Shown: piece by piece, positions 30,744 to 37,307 of the stretch
Position numbering within the stretch: position 1 is the stretch's first letter
How the letters are laid out: each line of letters starts with the position of its first letter
Source: Spirochaetota bacterium
GTDB lineage: Bacteria; Spirochaetota; Spirochaetia; Treponematales; Rectinemataceae
DNA: 64,000 nt
Assembly (NCBI GenBank): GCA_022704665.1
Contig: JAKJFY010000001.1
Span: 1,686 to 65,685 of the forward strand
Reading direction: 5' to 3'
Translations under genes and position numbers: made by a program
Notes under the pieces: model-generated
Told to the model about the DNA's origin: nothing
Seen by the model: the letters and a program-made list of their open reading frames with translations, nothing else
The model's database searches: none

Positions 30744-31238
30744 TCATATCTCCTTACAATATCTTACTTCTACGGCATTGTATTCTTCAATATTCTGCTT
30801 TTTCCCATCTTCTTTATATCCATTCTTTTCATAGAAACTTCTTCCTATCTTATTCTTTTCCAATACCCATACTGTATTTTCTTTATACCCCCTTTTTCGT
30901 GCTGTCTCTTCACAGTACTCTATCATTTTTTGTCCTATACCATTCCTCATCATTAATGGATCCACATATATTGCCCAAAGCTCAAATGATTCTTTTTTAT
31001 CTTCATCTCTTGATTTCCCTTGTATCATCATTCCCTTTATTATTCCATTATCTTCATATACAAGCCATTCTTCATCCCCTTCCTCAAGTACATTCCTAAT
31101 CATTTGGCTTTTCTTTTCTATATTGAGCTTCTTGAATAGCACTTCATCATTAATTATTCCTCTATAAGCATTTCGCCATCCGAATATTTGTATATCAGCT
31201 ATTCTACTTGAATCATCTATTTCTGCCTTGCGTATCAT
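30744..31238 (-). CDS. GNAT-family N-acetyltransferase, integron cassette 2
   Basis: MIRKAE, WRNAYRGII, ELWAIYVDP...GIGQKM, VWVLEKN..GRSFYEKNGY; GGAGG RBS. Confidence 0.92.
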   Translation of the reverse strand: MIRKAEIDDSSRIADIQIFGWRNAYRGIINDEVLFKKLNIEKKSQMIRNVLEEGDEEWLVYEDNGIIKGMMIQGKSRDEDKKESFELWAIYVDPLMMRNGIGQKMIEYCEETARKRGYKENTVWVLEKNKIGRSFYEKNGYKEDGKKQNIEEYNAVEVRYCKEI

Positions 31239-31347
31239 TTTTCCTCCCTAATAATAGCCAATTCTTTCTTAATAAAGCTTAGCCGCGCCGACGGCTGGAG
31301 GCCCGGCGCGTTGGAAACGGTAATAAGAGATTCTGCGCGAAGCGTCA

Positions 31348-31473
31348 AGCTAACATTAGCTTAACTTGTAAAAACGGGCGCGTACTCGCGCTTGGCGCGG
31401 TTTGTGCATAGCGAATGAAATGAGCTGCACAAACCGTGACAAAGTTTTTATCAGGTTGAAGCTTTTGTTAGGT
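31348..31473 (-). other. Integron attC site (126 bp)
   Basis: Minus strand: R'' ACCTAAC-aaaag-L'' CTTCAACC ... L' AGTTAAG-ctaat-R' GTTAGCT; internal inverted repeat GCGGTTTGTGCA/TGCACAAACCGT; upstream ORF stops inside it. Confidence 0.92.
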
Positions 31474-31891
31474 TATTTCTCTTCTCTATATATAATAGAT
31501 TTTGATTCCCACAAAATAGACATTTTTCTCTATGCATACATAAATACTTACCACATTTATCACAGTGCCATTTTACTTTTTCTTTCTTTATTAACTCTCT
31601 AATCCCTAATGTTTTTATATCCTCAAAGTTCTTATATATACTTACATTATATCTATTTGTATATCTTTTCTCTAAATCCTTTATCCTTCTACATGGATAC
31701 TTCTTACATTTACTACATAATAGCTCTTTATTTCCATTTTTCTCTTCACAGTTCCTTATTCTACATTCAACACAATGGTATGCCTTATGATCATCTGGTC
31801 CGTTACATCCATTACAATGATTCTTATCTCTTTGATATGCTAAACAGAGACTACAATTTATTCCACAAGGAGCAATATCTTTAGTTTTCAT
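31451..31891 (-). CDS. Cys-rich DUF3795-like protein, integron cassette 1 (second ORF)
   Basis: IAPCGINCSLC, CNGC, CRIRNC, CSKCKKYPC, C-terminal CDKCG/CLFCG; C-terminus NLTKAST reads through the attC R''/L''. Confidence 0.85.
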   Translation of the reverse strand: MKTKDIAPCGINCSLCLAYQRDKNHCNGCNGPDDHKAYHCVECRIRNCEEKNGNKELLCSKCKKYPCRRIKDLEKRYTNRYNVSIYKNFEDIKTLGIRELIKKEKVKWHCDKCGKYLCMHREKCLFCGNQNLLYIEKRNNLTKAST

Positions 31892-32085
31892 TGTTCTAAT
31901 AGAAAAGATTTAGCCAGTTCATAATCTTTTTCACTGACAAGTATTGTTGCAGCTATACTATATGATGCTGGTCTTTGGCCTCCGCTATCATCTGACTGAA
32001 TGATGTAGGGAATGTTTTCTTTATCCAGGATAGTAGCAAAGAATTCAGCATCAAACCTATTCTTGAATTGCTTAAGTTTGATCAT
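31888..32085 (-). CDS. DUF2007-like small protein, integron cassette 1 (first ORF)
   Basis: F.NRFDAE...ILDKENIP...ILVSEKDYELAK pattern; GAGAGG RBS before ATG 32085; ATGA overlap with next ORF. Confidence 0.8.
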   Translation of the reverse strand: MIKLKQFKNRFDAEFFATILDKENIPYIIQSDDSGGQRPASYSIAATILVSEKDYELAKSFLLEQ

Positions 32086-32117
32086 GCTATAACCTCTCTT
32101 ATTGGCGCGAAGCGTCA

Positions 32118-32214
32118 ATCTAACATATTTTACTTTAGAAAACTCTATAATAAAATAGCTGCAAAATTAAATCAGAGAAGAGCAATATAAGCCTCCTAAT
32201 AAGAATTGTTAGAC
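32118..32214 (-). other. Leading recombination site of the array (attI-like, or degenerate attC)
   Basis: Core GTTAGAT at 32124-32118 followed by the same TGACGCTTCGCGC cassette-start motif; AT-rich non-palindromic upstream; inverse core GTCTAAC at 32214-32208. Confidence 0.6.
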
Positions 32215-32442
32215 AGGTTTGAAGAGCGAATAATTTTCCTTGCGCGATATTTGATATCAGCAGAATAAGTACCAATTAAGCAGATCTTCTTTATCATGCA
32301 AGAATATCAAGAGTATTCTTATGTTTATCTTTTCCCAATTATTACTAGAATAGATATAATCTTGGTATCTAGAAAGGATTGAAGCTGCAATGGCGGTCAT
32401 TTCGCCATTCACAAAGCATTGATTTCTTTTTTACTAGCTGTT

Positions 32443-32917
32443 CTATCTTCCCGCTATCCCTACTACCACTCCAATCATCATTCCCGCTCCAAGCCCAATA
32501 ATTATTCCTTTTATCTTTTCTTTAATGATTCTCGCTTCCAGCTCTTCTCTGCAGCTCTTCCAAGATGCCTCTGAGATCCTCAATGCATCCGATAGCTCTA
32601 TCCTGAGTCTCTCCGATTCTTCCCATTTTATCCCTAAGTTCTCGAGCCGTGACTTCAAGCTCTCTATATCTTTCAATAGAGTCTCTCTCGCTGTTCAATA
32701 TTTCCAGCTGCGTTTCCAGATTCTTCGATACCTCCACCGACTGCTTTGTTTCCTCTTTCAATTTCTCGTTCAATATCATCAATTCTTGTATCTTCGATGC
32801 CGCTTCCTTTAAGAGGGTAGGGCTGTCCAGGTCCTGAAATTGCAAGGGCTGCGCCGATAACCATCGCAAGGATAATAGCAAGAGCAAATATCCAAAGGCT
32901 ATTCTTCTTTTCCACAT
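32443..32917 (-). pseudogene. Spanin-like gene X (signal peptide, coiled coil, C-terminal TM), frameshifted at (GA)4
   Basis: Adding one GA at 32682-32689 joins MWKRR...LNSER to ETLLKDIESL...GIAGR (158 aa). Confidence 0.65.
32522..32915 (-). pseudogene. Spanin-like gene Y (N-terminal TM, coiled coil), embedded in gene X in another frame, same frameshift
   Basis: The same GA addition joins MEKKN...IEQRER to DSIERYRELE...GSENH (131 aa). Confidence 0.65.
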
Positions 32918-33147
32918 CCTTTTTCCTTAATCGACATCGCTATGCTCTTAAGGCTTTCTATGGTTGTGTATCCTAGTAGAACAAGCACGGCCAATATTGC
33001 TGCTATTCCAGCCCAGACTCCTGCCATCATGCCATTCATGGCGGATAGCCAAAGGCAGCTCACAGAGCAGATGCTATATAGGAGCGCGAGAGTCCTTCTC
33101 ATAGACCAGGAGCCGTCTTCTTCGTTTAGAATTCCGGGTTTTTTCAT
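32899..33147 (-). CDS. Putative phage holin
   Basis: 82 aa, two TM helices after GSWSMRR, charged C-terminus; between candidate endolysin and spanin-like genes. Confidence 0.7.
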   Translation of the reverse strand: MKKPGILNEEDGSWSMRRTLALLYSICSVSCLWLSAMNGMMAGVWAGIAAILAVLVLLGYTTIESLKSIAMSIKEKGCGKEE

Positions 33148-33584
33148 GAGGCTTTTCTTCTAAATACTCTTAAGCTCTCTAAGTAGCCATATTTTAAGGT
33201 ATTTGAATTCTTGTAAGGGTCCCAGTTTGAAAGTTTGAAATGTGTATGATTGATTACTTTTGCGTTTATTTTTTCATTCCATCTCCAGCATTCTATTATC
33301 CTTTCATCTTTTCTTGGTCTATAGTCAGGTTTTTCTGTCGTACTCTTCCATCCTTTTTGTCCAGTTACTATATCCATGAATCCATCGCGGTTCTCTACAA
33401 AGCAGTTCTTTGGGTTGTTTCTGTTGTTTTCATCGTAGTATATGTAGCCTTTTTTGATTCCTTTGATTATAAATCCTAATGCTTCTTCTTCCGAAAGTCC
33501 TGGTTTACCTATCTCACATATTGAGAGTGCAAGGCAGGATCCTTCTCCAAGCTCTGCTAATAAGCTCTGTATGCCTTCTCTCAC
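33144..33584 (-). CDS. Putative Cys-His-Asp peptidase (DUF261-like), candidate endolysin
   Basis: GSCLALS, HTHF, WDP, S.T...G...S.RVF pattern; located in the lysis module. Confidence 0.55.
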   Translation of the reverse strand: MREGIQSLLAELGEGSCLALSICEIGKPGLSEEEALGFIIKGIKKGYIYYDENNRNNPKNCFVENRDGFMDIVTGQKGWKSTTEKPDYRPRKDERIIECWRWNEKINAKVINHTHFKLSNWDPYKNSNTLKYGYLESLRVFRRKAS

Positions 33585-33673
33585 TTCTTTTTCTCTCCGC
33601 TCTCGCTGCCTGCAATAGCGGCTGCTGCTATCCCTGCCAAAGCATTCACTATCGAATTAACTATCTCTCTCAT
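33581..33673 (-). CDS. 30-aa hydrophobic phage ORF (MREIVNSIVNALAGIAAAAIAGSESGEKKK)
   Basis: AAGGAG RBS; GTGA stop/start overlap with the downstream gene; below the ORF-track cutoff. Confidence 0.55.
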   Translation of the reverse strand: MREIVNSIVNALAGIAAAAIAGSESGEKKK

Positions 33674-33692
33674 ATATAGTTTTGGCTCCTTC

Positions 33693-34300
33693 TTATCCTG
33701 CCCGCAGCGCTTCCATCAGTTCATTCGCTGCTCCCTTAGTCATGCTGAATGCTCCTTGAGCCGGTCTTCCAAAACCAAGTCTTATCCCAGGCTTATCCCT
33801 TGTCCATTTTTCCTCTATTGAATAGATAGGTATGCTATACCACTCTCCATAGGCTTTTACACTGCAGAGGTCTCCTAGTGCATAATCTCTTTGTAGCTCA
33901 ATTGGAGCATTGAATGGTATTTCCGCTTCAAGAAAGAAGGTCTTAGGAAAAGCTCCAAGTTTTCTTATTCCATAGTTTCTTAGAGCCTCAATCTCAGTTA
34001 GATTTGGCGCATCTATTGCATTCTCTATCCTTGCATATCCCTTTGGTTCTTCGCCATTCCAGGCAACAGCTATCGGTCTTTCTTCTTGCGATTTTGCTCC
34101 CAGCACATATAGGGCCGATGAATAACCTAAAACACCTTGCGATATATTCGCAAATCCCAGGGTATCGTACTCATCTGCAAAAAGAGCCCGGCTATTTTTA
34201 TTCTGCCTTGCACTCCTATCAATTCCTTCTATGATATCAAATACAAGCTCTCTTTCTTGTGGATTGAGTGCTTTAGTTCCTCCATTGAGTTTGCAGTGTG
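33693..34300 (-). pseudogene. 5'-truncated siphovirus tail/baseplate protein (ReqiPepy6 Gp37-like)
   Basis: Frame stays open upstream of 34106 (ELVFDIIEGIDRSARQNKNSRALFADEYDTL) to a stop at 34335 inside icd, with no upstream ATG/GTG/TTG; RDYALGDLCSV motif. Confidence 0.72.
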
Positions 34301-35505
34301 GTCCATTTCTTGGCGAGGCTTGCGTCGATTTTATCTAAGAAGGATTCAGTTGTTTCGAAGCTCTTTGCCGGCGGGCTTATAAGGTTCATGAGGTCCTTTG
34401 TGACCACACCCGATTCTATGAGTTCAATCGCTGCTTCTTCGAGTTGTTGCGCAAAGATGCTTATCTCGGGTGTTTTATCGAGCTCACTACGTTTTCTAAG
34501 CGCACCTGTCCACGCAAATATAGACGCAACAGAATTGGTACTCGTAGGGTTGCCCTTGAGGTATTCGTAATAGTGCCTACGAACTGTGCCATGCGCCGCC
34601 TCATATTCGAAAGCTCCTGAGGGCGATACAAGGACTGAGCTCATCATGCCAAGGCTGCCAAATCCTGAGGCTACCATATCAGAAAAGACATCGCCATCGT
34701 AGTTCATACAGGCCCAGAGGATTCCTCCTTCGCTCTTCATGAGCTGAGCGACTGCATCATCAATGAGCATATAGCGATAGTGAATTCCAGCGGCTTCCAG
34801 GTCAGCAGTACGGGCCAATATCTCCTCAGCAAAGAGTTCCTTAAAGTGTCCATGGTAATTCTTGCTAATGGTATCTTTGGCTCCAAACCAGATATCTGTT
34901 TTTTCCGAAAGAGCATATTCTATACATGCACGTGCAAAAGAACGGATCGATGTGTCGTTATTATGCATGCCCATAGCTACCCCAGGGCCTTCGAATTCGT
35001 GGACCTTGAAAGTAAGGGGTATTCCAGCTTGTGCTGGCTGGTATACAAGGCTTACGGTGCCTGGGCCTGGTACTACAAAATCTACTGCTTTATAGATATC
35101 GCCATACGCATGCCTTCCAATGATGATAGGCTTCTGCCAGCTGCGGACAGCGGGAGCAATATTCTTTGCAATGATGGGTTTGCGGAAAACCGTACCATCG
35201 AGGTATGCTCGAATAGTCGCATTAGGTGAAGGCCATGCTTTCTTAAGGTGATATTCCTTGACTCTTTCAGAATCAGGCGTGATGGTTGCGCATTTGACTC
35301 CTACCCCATACTGAGCAATGGCCCGAGCTGCATCAATCGTAACTTGATCATTTGTCTTATCTCGGTTCGCAATACCGAGGTCGTAGTATTCAAGATCGAC
35401 ATCAATATAGGGGAAAATGAGCTTTTCTTTGATCATCGACCATATAACCCTTGTCATCTCATCGCCATCGAGCTCCACAATAGGCGTCTTTACTCGCGGT
35501 TTCAT
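34273..35505 (-). CDS. icd: NADP-dependent isocitrate dehydrogenase
   Basis: [36 protein letters not shown]; last residues probably phage-derived. Confidence 0.96.
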   Translation of the reverse strand: MKPRVKTPIVELDGDEMTRVIWSMIKEKLIFPYIDVDLEYYDLGIANRDKTNDQVTIDAARAIAQYGVGVKCATITPDSERVKEYHLKKAWPSPNATIRAYLDGTVFRKPIIAKNIAPAVRSWQKPIIIGRHAYGDIYKAVDFVVPGPGTVSLVYQPAQAGIPLTFKVHEFEGPGVAMGMHNNDTSIRSFARACIEYALSEKTDIWFGAKDTISKNYHGHFKELFAEEILARTADLEAAGIHYRYMLIDDAVAQLMKSEGGILWACMNYDGDVFSDMVASGFGSLGMMSSVLVSPSGAFEYEAAHGTVRRHYYEYLKGNPTSTNSVASIFAWTGALRKRSELDKTPEISIFAQQLEEAAIELIESGVVTKDLMNLISPPAKSFETTESFLDKIDASLAKKWTTLQTQWRN

Positions 35506-35638
35506 GATCTTTCTCCCTGGATTCATTATACTCGAAGAGGAAACTATACTGTAACATCCTGCACGATGAAGTTTTTGTATTGTATTTATTATTCTCTTTG
35601 AGTATTAAAATATAGGAGTGTTCATTGTTAATTAGATA

Positions 35639-35710
35639 AGCGACCGATGGGAGTCGAACCCACGTCTCCAGCTTGGAAGGCTGGGGTAATAGCCGTTATA
35701 CGACGGTCGC
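35639..35710 (-). tRNA. tRNA-Gly(TCC)
   Basis: GCGACCG...CGGTCGCT cloverleaf, anticodon TCC, T-loop TTCGACT. Confidence 0.95.
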
Positions 35711-36103
35711 AATCAATTTGCGTCTCTTTTCACGAGTAAAGGCAAAGCTTCCTTAGTGCTCTATGGTTCTGCCTGCTCGTGGCTTCTCGACTTGGGCGAT
35801 TTAAGCGCACGATGCCTTGCTTGTCAAGTAGGCTTGAGGAGCCCATTCACTAGCGTGCCTTAGAAGAGTCCTTGAAAATTGATCATACCTAAATTGACTC
35901 TTGCCCCAATCTGTCTTTCAGTATAAAATTATGTCTAATTTGTAAGCATATTGCCATTATATTTTATATTTTTTCGATATTGGAAAGAGGATGACTTGTT
36001 TTTGCTGTTTTCCTTAGTTTATTTTATTAGATATTAGATAGCCATGCATTAATGAAAAGCGATCCTGTTTTCCAAGCGTCGATTCTATGCAGAGGGAATT
36101 AAG

Positions 36104-36721
36104 ATGGAGATCCAATTACAAGAGCTTCTTGAGAGAATTCAAAGCGAAGGTATCGAAAATGCTAAGCAGCAGGCGGAACAGATTATCCAAAAAGCTCATT
36201 TGGAAGCGGAAGAAATTGTAGCGCGTGCCAAAAGAGATGCAGAGGAGATGCAGTCTGAGGCCTTGAGGCGCATAGATGCAATGGAAGCGGCTTCGCGCGA
36301 AAGCCTTCTCCAGGCTTCTAGGGATACAATGATTGCCTTGCGTCAAAGTGTTCAACGCTTTCTCGAATCAGCCATCAGGGCTGATGTCAAGAAAGCTTTC
36401 GATGAGGAAATGGCCGCAAAGGTAATCCCTGAAGTTCTAAAGATTCTCTCGTCTGGTCAGTCGGGCGACTTCGAAGTGCTTCTCCCTCCAGATCAACTCG
36501 AAAAAATAGACAGTTCTCTTTCTGCAAGGCTTGCCAAAGAACTCTCAAGAGGTGTCACATTTAAGCCTTACGATGCTATCGATGCGGGATTCCGAGTAGC
36601 TCTGTCTGGTTCCTCGGTTCAATATGACTTTTCTGCAGAGAGCATTGCACAGATGCTCTCGGTTCGTGTAAATAAGCTCCTCTCCCAATATCTAAAAGAA
36701 TCTGCGGGGAGCCTCGATTGA
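36104..36721 (+). CDS. V/A-type ATPase subunit E
   Basis: LQELLERIQSEG, N-terminal coiled coil, IDAGFRV...YDFS; first gene of operon. Confidence 0.9.
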   Translation: MEIQLQELLERIQSEGIENAKQQAEQIIQKAHLEAEEIVARAKRDAEEMQSEALRRIDAMEAASRESLLQASRDTMIALRQSVQRFLESAIRADVKKAFDEEMAAKVIPEVLKILSSGQSGDFEVLLPPDQLEKIDSSLSARLAKELSRGVTFKPYDAIDAGFRVALSGSSVQYDFSAESIAQMLSVRVNKLLSQYLKESAGSLD

Positions 36722-36722
36722 A

Positions 36723-37307
36723 ATGAAGCATTATTGGTACTTTGCTTCAACACTTACATCTTTTCCATTCGGCTCACCCCCTCCCATTTCTATGCAGGCT
36801 TTTGACGAACTCTGTTCTAGGATGATGGATAAGAGCGATTTGGAAATTCTTCCCTGCGTAGAAGAAGCAAGAAATGGCAGATTTTCAGCATTCATGGAGA
36901 AATCTGCATTCTTGATGTCATATTTTGAATTTGAAAGAGGGCTTCGCAATGCGCTTGTAGTATTTCGGACAAGAGCTTCGAAGCAAGATGCTAGCCAATG
37001 GACGAGGCCTGGCGATATAAACCCAGATTCGCTAAAAGCAGCGCAGGCAGCACAGGCTGCTTCGGACCCTCTCCAAGCTGAGCTTGCAATAGAGCGCGAA
37101 AGGTGGAATGCAACAGAGAGGCTATCCGCACTTTCTGCATTTGAGCTTGACTCTATTCTTGCATATAAAATGAAATTGCTTATTGCATCTCGATATGCCT
37201 CCTTTGATAGAAATCGCGGGATTCAAGGATTCAATATCCTATACCAAGATATCATAAATGCTGCAGTAGGAGCAGCGAGTGCTTTTGATACCGGAGTAGC
37301 AACATGA
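36723..37307 (+). CDS. V-type ATPase subunit C-like (DUF2764)
   Basis: YWYFASTL, FERGLRNAL, DPLQAE, ILAYKMKL; position between E and A. Confidence 0.82.
   Translation: MKHYWYFASTLTSFPFGSPPPISMQAFDELCSRMMDKSDLEILPCVEEARNGRFSAFMEKSAFLMSYFEFERGLRNALVVFRTRASKQDASQWTRPGDINPDSLKAAQAAQAASDPLQAELAIERERWNATERLSALSAFELDSILAYKMKLLIASRYASFDRNRGIQGFNILYQDIINAAVGAASAFDTGVAT

Larger units (their letters stand above)
30060..34300 (-). mobile_element. Prophage remnant (tail fragment and lysis module) carrying an integrase-less integron cassette array, adjacent to the tRNA-Arg 3' end
   Basis: AT-rich block; phage-like tail, holin and spanin ORFs; attC sites; begins right after a tRNA and ends inside a tail gene at the icd 3' end. 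Confidence 0.82.

Noticed and set aside
31888-32118. ORF start at 32118 for the DUF2007-like gene
   Set aside because: That TTG lies at the recombination-core and cassette-start motif; ATG 32085 has an RBS
30554-32124. Recurring GCGTCAAGCTAAC motif as a CRISPR repeat
   Set aside because: Copies are ~770 bp apart with whole genes between them and sit at attC boundaries; no cas genes
32130-32440. Pc cassette promoter
   Set aside because: Several weak -10/-35-like hexamers in AT-rich DNA, none convincing by eye
30060-34300. Integron integrase or phage integrase in the island
   Set aside because: No ORF with tyrosine-recombinase size or RHRY motifs on either strand
34273-34340. icd 3' end as the phage attB site
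   Set aside because: The junction falls inside a tail gene and no duplicated icd 3' segment is seen at the other island end
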